From positions 32,309 through 96,308 of the IMG/VR virus record IMGVR_UViG_3300045988_159943: DNA of 64,000 bases. The stretch is one strand, 5' to 3'. How positions within the stretch are numbered: the stretch's first letter is position 1; the number at the start of each line of letters is the position of its first letter. The translations under genes were made by a program, and so were the position numbers. Source of the DNA: a virus. Shown here piece by piece: positions 20,783 through 31,440 of this stretch. Under the pieces are notes generated by a model that saw nothing but the letters and a program-made list of their open reading frames with translations, was not told the DNA's origin and did not search any database.

Positions 20783-22270
20783 TTACCAAATTTGTTTTAT
20801 TACACCGCTTATGCTGCTATACCCTATAGTAACGTTTTTAGGAACGCCATTAACTCCAATATAAATACTTGTTACCCTGTGGGGTGTTCCATTAATACCA
20901 ACATACATTGGCTTGATGGCTTCTTCCCAAAGTGCATAATAAGTAATTGTAGAGGTGGAAGTTGAGGCAGCAATAGTTGCCCCGGGGGCTAACGCTGTGG
21001 TGCTAGATGTACTTGTCCCCCAACCCAAAAAATTATAAAATTGCTTTGTTGGCTGAGATGTCGTTAAGGTATAAGCCTCATTATAATATCTACTTGTATT
21101 AGCGATTGACCCTTCTCCGCCATTTAAATTATAAGTAACAGTATAAGAGTTGGGATAATAATTCCTATACACTGTACTTGCTGCAGAAACTGAAGATATT
21201 GTTGTACAACTACTATAATAATAACCAGTATACGAAGAGGTTGTTCCCCAGTCAGAACCCTTAGCAGTGCTTCCAGATGTATAAGTCGCTGTTCCTACGG
21301 TTGTTGTACTTAATAACGTGCCAGAAGAAGAATATTTTCTATCTTTGCAAGTAATAGTATAAGATGGTGGGGTTAACACTATATAAAGTGTTGTACCACT
21401 GACTGCAGTACTTGAGCTATAAGCATGTACATCAATTTCATAACTTGTCCCTGCGGTAACCTCATATGAATAAGAAAAATTATTATCTGTTCCACTATCA
21501 TCATCTTTAGTATAAACAGTTCCACCAGTTAGCGCACTTGATCCATTTCCCGTACTCAAAGAACAACTTCCATTAGTTAACCAACCATATGTATCTATAC
21601 TACCTTCTGTATAAACTTGTAATGTTCCACTAATAGAAGGAGTGAAATTAATATATCCTAGTTGTCCAGCAGATAAAGATAAAGACATAGTAACACTATC
21701 TGTATCGCTTCCCAATGACTTCCAAGACCAAGGAGAAGATGAGCTACTACTTGGTTCGTAGAAGAAAACAACATATGGATTGCTTGCACTATGTGATGAA
21801 CAAGTAGTTCCAGTTCCATCATAACTTGATTGATTAATACAAGCTGTAAAAGAAGTATTATATTTATATCCATTATAAGTATACCCACTCACTGTCGGCC
21901 TTGTGATAGACGATGAAGTAGTGGATGTTGATGAAGTAAGGTATGCTGAATTAGTTTCATCGTAAGCACGATAATAATATGTTGTTGCTGCTGATGTTGT
22001 TGATTGTGTTTTCGCTCCTAACCATGTAACACCAGCATTGTCGCCTGTAGTATTATACCCTACGTTTAAAGTATAAGAAGTTGAAGCAGATAAACCAGTA
22101 ATTTTATGAGTATATGAATTTCCAGACGCAATAGCAGTCCAGTCATCACATACAATAGAACTTGTATCTGAAGTCAAACGACAAAATATTCTAAAATAGT
22201 AAGTTCCAGTTGCAGTGATTGTTACTTCGATGCGATCAGAACCTACATAATTTATCGAATAAGAAGACAT
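20783..22270 (-). CDS. receptor-binding-like protein (Fn3-like N-terminus, Flg_new repeat, C-terminal YxGxNG repeats)
   Basis: YTVTYNLNGGEG...FYNFLGWGTS...ITYYALWEE is a Flg_new repeat. C-terminus PMYVGINGTPHRVTSIYIGVNGVPK. Confidence 0.5.
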   Translation of the reverse strand: MSSYSINYVGSDRIEVTITATGTYYFRIFCRLTSDTSSIVCDDWTAIASGNSYTHKITGLSASTSYTLNVGYNTTGDNAGVTWLGAKTQSTTSAATTYYYRAYDETNSAYLTSSTSTTSSSITRPTVSGYTYNGYKYNTSFTACINQSSYDGTGTTCSSHSASNPYVVFFYEPSSSSSSPWSWKSLGSDTDSVTMSLSLSAGQLGYINFTPSISGTLQVYTEGSIDTYGWLTNGSCSLSTGNGSSALTGGTVYTKDDDSGTDNNFSYSYEVTAGTSYEIDVHAYSSSTAVSGTTLYIVLTPPSYTITCKDRKYSSSGTLLSTTTVGTATYTSGSTAKGSDWGTTSSYTGYYYSSCTTISSVSAASTVYRNYYPNSYTVTYNLNGGEGSIANTSRYYNEAYTLTTSQPTKQFYNFLGWGTSTSSTTALAPGATIAASTSTSTITYYALWEEAIKPMYVGINGTPHRVTSIYIGVNGVPKNVTIGYSSISGVIKQIW

Positions 22271-22283
22271 GCACTACACCACC

Positions 22284-25200
22284 TTACTCTTCATAAATAA
22301 ATAAAATTGTTCCATCTACCAATGATGTTGGAACCGTTGCAGAACTTGACTGGAACGTTATTGTAGTTTTGGGCAAATAACTCTCCAATTCTACCTTGGT
22401 GGCATAGGTTTCTATAATATTATTTCCATCTTCATCTGCAGTTGCCTTTGAAGCTGCCCCATAAAGATCTGCACCCGCAGGCTTATCATGCCCTTCAACA
22501 ATCCACTGGGCACCATCATAAACAACTCTAAATGGGAGCCCGGCACCCAACCAAGATGCAGTATATCCGCTTTGTGAAGAAGTAGCGATAGAAGTTAATC
22601 TACGCTTAATATTCTTCGCTCCAAGTCCATTAACGTCAAGAGTAGGAGATGTGCTTGTACTAACCACATGAGGTATCATAATAAAGCTTACACCAGCAGT
22701 TAATGTAGCAATTCCAGGCACAGTTGCAGTATAAGCTGCGCCATCTCCACCAGTAGTTACAGCATATTGACCGTTTGCGACATCTACCTTATCATTTAGA
22801 GCACTCGTAATCGCACTCTGTGTCATAGTGCCATCAGTGTTTGCCCCAGTTGCACTATAAAGTTTAGTTAAACCAGAGACGCTTGATGTTCCAGTGCTAT
22901 AGGTTGTATCTTGAGCAGGAATACCCAAATTTGTAATATCAGACTTAGTAACTGTAGTTGTGGCGCTTACGTGCCCAGTGTTATCAACAGTAACCTTATA
23001 AAGCCCAGAACTCTTAGGAGTATAGCTTGGATGAGTATATACTGTATCAACTGCAGAAATAGTGATTTTGTCACTATCTGCATCAGCGCTAATTGTGACA
23101 TTATCCCCAGCGGTCATAGTCAGAGCATCAGTTTTGCTATCGGCAGATATAGTTGTACTACCGACAACGATACTAGAAAATGCATTCTGGTTTACTTCTG
23201 CACCTTCAGCGATACTTGCTAATTTGGTCTTTTCTGTAGTCGTGTAGTCGTTAGTGGATAACACCTTGCCGTCAACTTTATCTACTTTGGTACCAATTTG
23301 ATTAGCCACTGTAGTTGCAAAGTTAGGATCATCTCCCAGAGCAGCGGCCAACTCATTTAGAGTATTTAAAGTCTCAGGAGCAGAATCTACAAGACCAGCA
23401 ACTTTATTATTAACATACGTCTCTGTAGCCAAACCATCAATAGAAGGAATTACAGTAGAGGCAGGCAAAGCCCCAACATCAGATGCGCTCAAAGTAATGT
23501 CGGCAGTTAAAGCCTTTCCATTGACTTTACGGCTAGAAGGCACTTTACTGTCAATGTCAGCTTGCACCGTAATAAATTTTGCATCTACAACTTTATTTTG
23601 TACAGGATTGGTACTAGTAGAATTCAAAGCACTATCTACTACGGTTTTATTGGCCCCTGACTCAATACCAGCTAACTTATTCTTCTCATCCGTCGTATAA
23701 TCATTTGAAGATAGACCTTTTCCCGTTTCTTTATTAACTTTAGATTCAAGGTCAGTTGTTGTAGCAAAATTACTATCATTGGTCAAATCACTAATCTTAG
23801 TAGGAACAGTGATGTTTACTTTCTTGTTAGAGTCAACTGTTAAATCTGTACCGTTCTTTTGAATGCCAACAATAACATTAGCCTCTGCGTCAGCAGGAGC
23901 ATGAGCCTGTTGGCTATGAGTGTAAGCTGCGTCATAGTTGGATTTTAAAGCATTAGTTAGGTCATTGGTAGATAAACCTTTACCAGCCTCAATATCCACC
24001 TTGCCGTTAATAGACGCTTGAACGCTATCAAACTTTGCATTAATAATTTTGTTCTGTACTGGATTGGTGCTCGTTGAACTTAGAGCACTATCTACTATAA
24101 CTTTAGCATTATCAACATCTGTTATAGTAGCAAAATTACTATCGTTAGTTAAATCACTTGTTTTAGTTGGGACAGTAATATTAACTTTTCTATTAGAATT
24201 AACAGTTAAATCCGTGCCATTCTTCTGAACACCAACAACTACATTCTTTTCAGCATCTACTGGGGCGTGTGCTTGCTGGCTATGCGTATAAGCAGTGTCA
24301 TAATTTGACTTTAAAGTAGCAGTTAAGTCGTTTGTTGATAAACCTTTTCCATCCACCTTGTCTACTTTACCGTCAAGTGTACTTTGTAATCCATCAACAT
24401 TTGCAACTATGTGATTGTGAGAATCATCATTTACTGAGACATTGCCAGCACTATCAACAGTAATATCTGTGCCAGATTTAACACCACCTAAAACATCAGA
24501 AGTGGCAACTGGCAAAGAATAATTGTTTGCATCAGGTTCGATCCCGGCCAGTTTATTCTTTTCATCAGTAGTATAATCATTGGTAGATAGCCCTTTTCCA
24601 TCGACTTTCTCAACCTTACTGTCAAGTTCTGCAATTGTAATAACACCATCTATTATAGTTGCATCTCCGCCAGTTTTCACTAAACCAAGACTTGCACCCG
24701 CAGCGCCATAAGTTGTATCTTTTGCAGTAATAGTAACTCCATTGTTATCCTCATCTGAGGTTAATGTAATATTATCGCCCGCAATGATTGTAAAAGTATC
24801 GGTCGTATTATCTGCGGTAATAATTTTATCTCCAACGATAACGTTGCTAAAAGCATTTTGATTTGCTTCGCCACCAATTGCAACAAGGCCATCAAGCCTG
24901 GATTTATCAGTAGCGCTCATCAAACCAGCAGAAGTAATAGTAGCTTCAGAGTACGTAGTATCCTGAGTAGGGACTCCAAGAGCAGTGATGTCTGCTTTAG
25001 TTACAGCACTTGCATCAGAAACATGCCCTGTATCATCAACTGTAATTTTATATAACCCATTAGACTTTGTGTCATACATTGGGTGAGTATACACAGTATC
25101 AGTGAATACCGCATCGGCAGGGACATCAGACTCTACAGTATGGTTGTTTACTGTATCAGCATTACCACCATCCGCAGGGAGTGCTGTAGGTTTATTTTTG

Positions 25201-25460
25201 ATATACGCATCAGAAGTTGTGTCAGTTATATTCCAATCTGATTGCACATTTACTTCTGCACCTTCAGCAATGTTATTTAATTTAACTTTATCTTCTGCGC
25301 TCATCAAGCCAGATTCGGTTTCAGTTGCATTGTCCTCAGACCCAGGAATAAGATATAGCTCATCCTCATTAATAAGGGAGTTTTGCTTCATATAATCATA
25401 AACTGTTTGACTTTCAACCTTGTTAATTACTAGATTACTTAAATTCTTTTCAGTAGACAT
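22284..25460 (-). CDS. long tail fibre protein with Phage_fiber_2-type repeats
   Basis: Repeated DKVDGKGLSTNDYTTDEKNKLAGIE, VDSALSSTSTNPVQNKIINAKFD and VPTKTSDLTNDSNFAT motifs. N-terminus KNKPTALPADGGNADTV. Confidence 0.7.
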   Translation of the reverse strand: MSTEKNLSNLVINKVESQTVYDYMKQNSLINEDELYLIPGSEDNATETESGLMSAEDKVKLNNIAEGAEVNVQSDWNITDTTSDAYIKNKPTALPADGGNADTVNNHTVESDVPADAVFTDTVYTHPMYDTKSNGLYKITVDDTGHVSDASAVTKADITALGVPTQDTTYSEATITSAGLMSATDKSRLDGLVAIGGEANQNAFSNVIVGDKIITADNTTDTFTIIAGDNITLTSDEDNNGVTITAKDTTYGAAGASLGLVKTGGDATIIDGVITIAELDSKVEKVDGKGLSTNDYTTDEKNKLAGIEPDANNYSLPVATSDVLGGVKSGTDITVDSAGNVSVNDDSHNHIVANVDGLQSTLDGKVDKVDGKGLSTNDLTATLKSNYDTAYTHSQQAHAPVDAEKNVVVGVQKNGTDLTVNSNRKVNITVPTKTSDLTNDSNFATITDVDNAKVIVDSALSSTSTNPVQNKIINAKFDSVQASINGKVDIEAGKGLSTNDLTNALKSNYDAAYTHSQQAHAPADAEANVIVGIQKNGTDLTVDSNKKVNITVPTKISDLTNDSNFATTTDLESKVNKETGKGLSSNDYTTDEKNKLAGIESGANKTVVDSALNSTSTNPVQNKVVDAKFITVQADIDSKVPSSRKVNGKALTADITLSASDVGALPASTVIPSIDGLATETYVNNKVAGLVDSAPETLNTLNELAAALGDDPNFATTVANQIGTKVDKVDGKVLSTNDYTTTEKTKLASIAEGAEVNQNAFSSIVVGSTTISADSKTDALTMTAGDNVTISADADSDKITISAVDTVYTHPSYTPKSSGLYKVTVDNTGHVSATTTVTKSDITNLGIPAQDTTYSTGTSSVSGLTKLYSATGANTDGTMTQSAITSALNDKVDVANGQYAVTTGGDGAAYTATVPGIATLTAGVSFIMIPHVVSTSTSPTLDVNGLGAKNIKRRLTSIATSSQSGYTASWLGAGLPFRVVYDGAQWIVEGHDKPAGADLYGAASKATADEDGNNIIETYATKVELESYLPKTTITFQSSSATVPTSLVDGTILFIYEE

Positions 25461-25471
25461 TCTATATCACC

Positions 25472-26983
25472 TCAATTCACAGTAAATCTTACATTCGTAA
25501 TAGTAACAGTAATTGGCAACGTACCACCATTAGCACTATAACTAGAAGAAGTATTAAACTGAATACCAGATGCAGTTACATCCATATCGGAATCACCACT
25601 AGTAATATGATACTGCTGATCTGTGCCATAGAAACCAATCTTCGCTGGAGTCTGAGAACCGTCACTGAATGTGATGCTATCAAAATAAATTCTACAAGTA
25701 CTAGATGTAGTAATATTGCCATCATTAATTAGAATGCCTTGAGATATAGCGGTGAAATTCAATTCTAAGTCATGAGTAGTATCATTAACAGAGAAAGTAA
25801 CGCCAGTTTCCTTATTGGGATTTATACTTACCATGGAGGAAGTTAGATATACATATCCGTCATCTTCACTACTACCACCACCAGAACCGCCAGCTTCAGG
25901 GGCTGTATACAAACGATACTGAGCAATAGGCAGATATCTTGTTACATAATCAGGGTCATCAGCACCCTTAAACTCAATAGCACGAATATCTACATGGTCT
26001 TCGTATACGTCTATAATAGCACCCTCTGATTGACCGGGCATAGAAACTCTAGTGCTACTTAGACTAGAATTGCAAACAGATGAGTCGATAGGACTTGCAC
26101 AAGATGGAATGTGAACACACCAAGCAGTAGTTCTTCCTACATTAGAAGTGGGCCATACATTTGCTTGAGGTTCACCAGACTGTAAATACCACTTCCAGTG
26201 AGAGTGACCACTAAACCAAATAGCTCTTGGATAATTGCCACGCAATGTTTTTAAATTATTTAATTGAGTTCCAGAAAGCCAGTTACCAGAAGGATAAATG
26301 CTTTGGAAATTACCAGCGGCATCAGGGAAGAACATATGAGTGAAAATGAAACATCTATCATTTTTATATGCTTCAAGTTTATTTCCAAGCCAAGTAATGT
26401 CTGCATCTAGATAAGTACTTGACGTAAACTCATACCGTCTCATTCCTAAGAATAGAAAGTGGTCGGTTACAGTTGTACCCTCAGAAGTATTATGAGTTTT
26501 AGTTACTTCATATGAATAAACAGCATCAGAAGTAAATAAATCACTAATACCCGCATAAGATTTAAAGGTGTTAATATCTATATCACTACTTTGAGGGCAG
26601 TCGTGGTTTCCAGTAGTTGGATATACAGGAGTACTATTGCTAATCGCCGCCAAATTGGCCTGATATAGAGTCATTTCTGTAGTTAAATCACCACTACTAT
26701 AACTATACTGAGTTAAATCACCTGTAATACAAGTAAATTCAATGTCTTCTCTTTGGTTAAAGAAATTTAAAGCATTTCTTAAATCGTTCTGATTTTCGGA
26801 ACTCTGGTCGCTTTCATTGTGAACGTCGGAAATAATACCAAAACGATAAAGCCTCTCGCCGTAAGCTGGTTTAAAATCTCCAAGGGGAATAGAGCCTACT
26901 CTTTCTCCACTTGAATTGTAAACACCAATTTGAGATGCGGCATAAGGGGCAACATTTGTTTTTATAAAATCATCATAAGCCAT
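25472..26983 (-). CDS. calcineurin-like metallophosphoesterase with C-terminal beta domain, encoded inside the fibre operon
   Basis: All five metallophosphoesterase motifs are present: GIISDVHNE, CITGDLT, TGNHD, FIFTHMFF and FSGHSHWKW. Confidence 0.7.
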   Translation of the reverse strand: MAYDDFIKTNVAPYAASQIGVYNSSGERVGSIPLGDFKPAYGERLYRFGIISDVHNESDQSSENQNDLRNALNFFNQREDIEFTCITGDLTQYSYSSGDLTTEMTLYQANLAAISNSTPVYPTTGNHDCPQSSDIDINTFKSYAGISDLFTSDAVYSYEVTKTHNTSEGTTVTDHFLFLGMRRYEFTSSTYLDADITWLGNKLEAYKNDRCFIFTHMFFPDAAGNFQSIYPSGNWLSGTQLNNLKTLRGNYPRAIWFSGHSHWKWYLQSGEPQANVWPTSNVGRTTAWCVHIPSCASPIDSSVCNSSLSSTRVSMPGQSEGAIIDVYEDHVDIRAIEFKGADDPDYVTRYLPIAQYRLYTAPEAGGSGGGSSEDDGYVYLTSSMVSINPNKETGVTFSVNDTTHDLELNFTAISQGILINDGNITTSSTCRIYFDSITFSDGSQTPAKIGFYGTDQQYHITSGDSDMDVTASGIQFNTSSSYSANGGTLPITVTITNVRFTVN

Positions 26984-26996
26984 AACTTATACCTCC

Positions 26997-28811
26997 TTAT
27001 TTAGTAATGGTTCCGATTGAATCCCAACCCTCAAGTTTCGTCCCATCTGCATCTTCGTAATATAATGTATAATCACCAGATGCCAAACTTGCGTCGGTCA
27101 AAGAAATTGTATTATCACTAGCAATCGTTCCTACCTCTTCACCAGTAGTGATTGTACCACCGTTATATCCATTAAATTCAGTAGAACCAATTACATCCCA
27201 ATCGGTAAGTTTTTGTTTATTCTCATCTTCGTAATAGAAATAATATGTCTCGTTTGGAATAGAAGTGTCGGTAATTGTAATAGCATAATCAGAAGTAACT
27301 TCACCAATTACATCACTGATTATATGCCCTTTATAAATTAACTTTTCATTCTCTGCATGAGCATACTCAAACTCTACCCACACACCATTAATCTTCTTAT
27401 AAATTGTTAAAACTTTTTTCCAATCTCCATCTACTTTTACATAGTGGGCAGGTGGTTCTGCAAAAATAATTACTACTGTTGCATCTGCATCAACAGATGG
27501 AATGGTATAACTATAATATTCTTCTCCCACTCCCGCCGCTTCATAATTCATAGTGATTTCATTTAAAACTAACCAGTTTGAAATAGTAGAGTTAGCATAA
27601 ATTCTTACGTATTTAATATTATTCGCATTAGTAATAGATGAGAATGTTGTCGTCTGACTATCTGAGAAAGTTCCTATATCTGTCCAACTCGAATTATCTG
27701 CAGATACTTGTAATACATTACAAGACTGAGGATAGTCCGTACTGTTAGAAGAATACGTTGAAAAAGAACTTAAGTTAACAAAATCACTAAAAGTAATTAA
27801 AATATACTTTCCACTAGCTTGCGCTTGATTTGACCAAAAATAGGTAGAATCATCACCATCATAAGCATTTGACAAAGCATATGTAGAATAAGTACCATAG
27901 TTAGTACTAACCGCATATGTCGGCAAAGGAGCAGGAGCGTTCTTGGTAATAGGAGTCACTTCAACTCCATTTACTGTCATTGACGAGAAAGTATAATCAG
28001 TTTCACCATTAAAAGTAACTTCGCAATCATCCCCGTCACTAACAGTCATAGAAGCAGTTGTTGGGGTTCTTAATGTACCACCAGTAATTGAAGTTGAAAC
28101 AGTATGCGTTATTAGTTGATTAAAAACGGCACTAACAGCTTTATCTTCGTCAACAACAAAAGATGTACCAGATAATACATTCCCATTTACATAAATATTT
28201 TCAAGCTCATACCCATCAGATGGAGTAGCGGTTGCAGTAACAGTTGTACCTTCAAGCACTTGTCCACTTTGAGATAGGCTAATAGTACCGCCAGTAGATT
28301 GAGTAACTGAAACAGTATGATATGTTGGTACAGTATAATCTACTAAAATTTCAGCACCATAAATATATACATAACCTGTCGTATAACGACTAGCTCTTCT
28401 ACAGTTAATACGAATACCAAAATTACTTCCATAACCTACAATAGTATCCCAATCTGCTGTCACACCAGTAAAAGTAAGCGTTTGAGCAGAAGTTGTAATA
28501 GCAGAACAAGAAGAAGTAATAGTTGTAGTATTATTTACTAGCATTGGAGCATAAGAAGAGCTGGTGCTAACACCACTTTCATATGCTTTTAATTTTACTG
28601 TAAAAGAATTTACAATTGCATTACTTGGGATATCATCAAAATTAAATCCTTTAAGATAAATGTAATATGAGGTCGTACTAGTTCTTGAGTTAGTTACAGT
28701 AGCATAAGTTGTGCTGTCTGTATTATCATACATGTTTGAAGCATTAGAAACGCTTAAATATGAAGTATTACTTAATGAATAAGCACTAGGGATTAATCTA
28801 ATTGTTGCCAT
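26997..28811 (-). CDS. structural protein with discoidin (F5/8 type C, CBM32-like) carbohydrate-binding domain and C-terminal YxGxNGxW-like repeats
   Basis: YALSNAYDGDDSTYFWS...GKYILITFSDFVNL...NVLQVSADNSSWTDIGTF...IKYVRIYANS..SNWLVLNEITM fits the discoidin fold. C-terminus HYVKVDGDWKKVLTIYKKINGVWVEFEY. Confidence 0.6.
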   Translation of the reverse strand: MATIRLIPSAYSLSNTSYLSVSNASNMYDNTDSTTYATVTNSRTSTTSYYIYLKGFNFDDIPSNAIVNSFTVKLKAYESGVSTSSSYAPMLVNNTTTITSSCSAITTSAQTLTFTGVTADWDTIVGYGSNFGIRINCRRASRYTTGYVYIYGAEILVDYTVPTYHTVSVTQSTGGTISLSQSGQVLEGTTVTATATPSDGYELENIYVNGNVLSGTSFVVDEDKAVSAVFNQLITHTVSTSITGGTLRTPTTASMTVSDGDDCEVTFNGETDYTFSSMTVNGVEVTPITKNAPAPLPTYAVSTNYGTYSTYALSNAYDGDDSTYFWSNQAQASGKYILITFSDFVNLSSFSTYSSNSTDYPQSCNVLQVSADNSSWTDIGTFSDSQTTTFSSITNANNIKYVRIYANSTISNWLVLNEITMNYEAAGVGEEYYSYTIPSVDADATVVIIFAEPPAHYVKVDGDWKKVLTIYKKINGVWVEFEYAHAENEKLIYKGHIISDVIGEVTSDYAITITDTSIPNETYYFYYEDENKQKLTDWDVIGSTEFNGYNGGTITTGEEVGTIASDNTISLTDASLASGDYTLYYEDADGTKLEGWDSIGTITK

Positions 28812-28824
28812 TTACAATCCCTCC

Positions 28825-31428
28825 TTATCTAACAACCTTAAAGTACAAATCTCCATCCTCACCAGTTGTTGATTCTGGAGTAGTAGTTCCAGTGTAATAA
28901 TTTTGAACTACTAAAGTGCCAGTTACTTTAGCTCCATTGACATATGCAGTTTTCCCACTGACAATATCTGCATCAGTGGCAGTAGCATCAGAGGTATCTA
29001 TGCCACTGCCACCTTGATGAGTACCAGTCACACCAAAAATGCTAACTCCAGATGCAATATTTTCTGGGACAAGATTAGCGTCACCCTGGATAGTTTGAGT
29101 GCCAGACAGATATTGGCCTGCGTCAATTGTTTGGTCAGTTGTAGTTGGAGTATAAGTGGCTGCGTCTTTGGATGGCATGGTACCGGTAATTTTTAATCCG
29201 CTTTCAGACGTAAAAGTTTTACCGCTTATTACATCAACAGTAGTAGCATCACCAAAATTTGAAGCATTTGTATATACCTTATTGTTGCCTGTAGAACGAA
29301 TAACACAGTCATTTACAACAGGAATACTTATTGCGATTCTTGGAGTACCCAGTGGCAACGTAACTGCTTGATATCCATAACTAGGTTCGCCAACATTAAC
29401 ACCTAAAGAATTTTGTAATGTACCTTCAACTTTTATACCATTAACATACGCATTTTTGCTTATTACAATGTCACTTGCTGTAGCATTTGCGTCACTAGTA
29501 TCAACATAATTTTCAGGAATTTCAGCTACTAAAATGTCTCCTGTTACATAAGTCCCTGTAGAAACGGCAGTTTGAGAAGAAGTGCTAGGTGTAATAGTAG
29601 TTGCTTCTTTAGTAGTCAATTGCAAAGTCTTAGTTGCAGAAGTGTCTAAATAACCAGAAGTAGCTACACCCACTGTCACAACACCAGTACTTGTATTAAT
29701 AGTAGGATTACTTAAAGCGCCAGTAGGCATTGCAGATACTTCAATATTCCCTGTCACGTAAGTTCCAGAAGATACAACAGTTTGAGATGATGTTGAAGGA
29801 GTTACAGTCTTAGCTCCCTGTGTAGGAACCCCGCTACCAACATAAGTTGAAGGGATTGCAGAGATTGTCTGAGCGCCATCTAAATATTGACCAGCAGAAA
29901 TTACCTGTTCAGATTCAGTAGGGGTTATAATTGCCGCAGACTTACGAGTTACATCACTACCCACATAGTCAGATGGAATAGCAGAGATTGTTTGCACACC
30001 AGTTAAATACTGATTAGCGGCAATAGTCTGTTCTGATTCGGATGGAATAATCGTAGCAGCTTCTTTACGGGTTACACCACTTCCTACATAGGTTGAGGAA
30101 ATAGCAGCAATCGTCTGGTCTCCGTCAAGATACTGCCCTGCACTAATAATTTGTGCATTTTCTGTAGGTGTATATGTCTCTGCTGATTTATGAGCAATTC
30201 CAGACCCAATATAAGTTGAAGAAATTGCTCCTACTGTCACGCTAGACAAGCCATCATAACCTGCATCGGGGCCAACAACCTGTTCAGATTCAGTGGGAGT
30301 TACAGACTTTTCCTGAGTATCAAAAGTATCTCCAACAACACTTACACTTACAGAAGAAAAGTACTTTCCATCGCTAGGAGTATAAGTTCCATTTGCGGTA
30401 ATACTCTTTGTCTCAGTAGGTACAGCAGAAACAATAACATCTCCAGTTGCATATGTACCAAAAGAAATAGCGGTTTGGCTATTAGAATTAGGAGTAATAG
30501 TTGTTGCTCCCTTAGTTGGAACTGCGCTACCTACATATGTAGAAGAAATAGGATTCACTGTAACGGTAGATAATCCATCATAACCGTTATCAGGAGAAAC
30601 AGTTTGAGTAGATTCTGTAGGAGTTACAGTTTTTGTCTGAGTATTAAATGTCTCTGCGGGGACATTAACAGTCACAGACGAAAAATACTTGCCACTTGTA
30701 GGATTATATGTTCCGTTTGAAGTAACAGATTTAGTTTCTGTTTGAATAGCTTCCACATCTACCTGGGTTAAATATTTCCCAGAAGTTGGAGTTATTGTTT
30801 GTGCAGAAGTTGTGGGAGTCACAGACTTAGTTTCTGTTTGAATTGCATTTACAGTTACATCACTCAATGCATCATACCCGTCATCCGCTGTTACTGTTTG
30901 AGCTGAAGTAGATGGAGAAACAGTTTTAGATTGATAAGTAGGAACATCCCCGGCAACAGCAACTTCAACAGAAGAAAAATATTTACCACTTGAGGGAGAA
31001 TATGTTCCATTCGCTGTAATTGTCTTTATTTCTGTAGGAACTGCAGATACAGTAATTTTCCCGGTGGTATAAACGCCAGAGTCAACTGCTGTCTGGCTTG
31101 CAGACGAAGGAGTAATTGTCGTGGCTGCTTTGGTAGTTAGCTGTTGAGTAACAGTTTTAGTTGTTGCACTTGATTGATAGCCTTTTGGGTTAGACACACT
31201 AGCTGTGATTAATCCACTATCAGATACTGAAATTGTAGGAGTTGGAGCACTAACTGTAGCAATTGTACCCGTATACTTTGTCCCTTTACTATATGCAGTA
31301 ACACCTGAAAGCATTTGTGCACCAGAAGTTAATGTAGCATCACTAGTATCAGTGCCACTTGTGGTTCCACTTCCATCAAATGCAACTGTGACTCTAGTAA
31401 CTTTATCATTTCCTAAATAAAGTGGCAT
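28825..31428 (-). CDS. highly repetitive fibre protein (867 aa, S/T/G-rich)
   Basis: Many ~30-aa repeats (ISSTYVGSGV..K.A.TI.P.ESEQ.I.A.QYL.G.QTISAIPS). RBS GGAGGTGTAAATATG. Confidence 0.5.
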   Translation of the reverse strand: MPLYLGNDKVTRVTVAFDGSGTTSGTDTSDATLTSGAQMLSGVTAYSKGTKYTGTIATVSAPTPTISVSDSGLITASVSNPKGYQSSATTKTVTQQLTTKAATTITPSSASQTAVDSGVYTTGKITVSAVPTEIKTITANGTYSPSSGKYFSSVEVAVAGDVPTYQSKTVSPSTSAQTVTADDGYDALSDVTVNAIQTETKSVTPTTSAQTITPTSGKYLTQVDVEAIQTETKSVTSNGTYNPTSGKYFSSVTVNVPAETFNTQTKTVTPTESTQTVSPDNGYDGLSTVTVNPISSTYVGSAVPTKGATTITPNSNSQTAISFGTYATGDVIVSAVPTETKSITANGTYTPSDGKYFSSVSVSVVGDTFDTQEKSVTPTESEQVVGPDAGYDGLSSVTVGAISSTYIGSGIAHKSAETYTPTENAQIISAGQYLDGDQTIAAISSTYVGSGVTRKEAATIIPSESEQTIAANQYLTGVQTISAIPSDYVGSDVTRKSAAIITPTESEQVISAGQYLDGAQTISAIPSTYVGSGVPTQGAKTVTPSTSSQTVVSSGTYVTGNIEVSAMPTGALSNPTINTSTGVVTVGVATSGYLDTSATKTLQLTTKEATTITPSTSSQTAVSTGTYVTGDILVAEIPENYVDTSDANATASDIVISKNAYVNGIKVEGTLQNSLGVNVGEPSYGYQAVTLPLGTPRIAISIPVVNDCVIRSTGNNKVYTNASNFGDATTVDVISGKTFTSESGLKITGTMPSKDAATYTPTTTDQTIDAGQYLSGTQTIQGDANLVPENIASGVSIFGVTGTHQGGSGIDTSDATATDADIVSGKTAYVNGAKVTGTLVVQNYYTGTTTPESTTGEDGDLYFKVVR

Positions 31429-31440
31429 ATTTACACCTCC

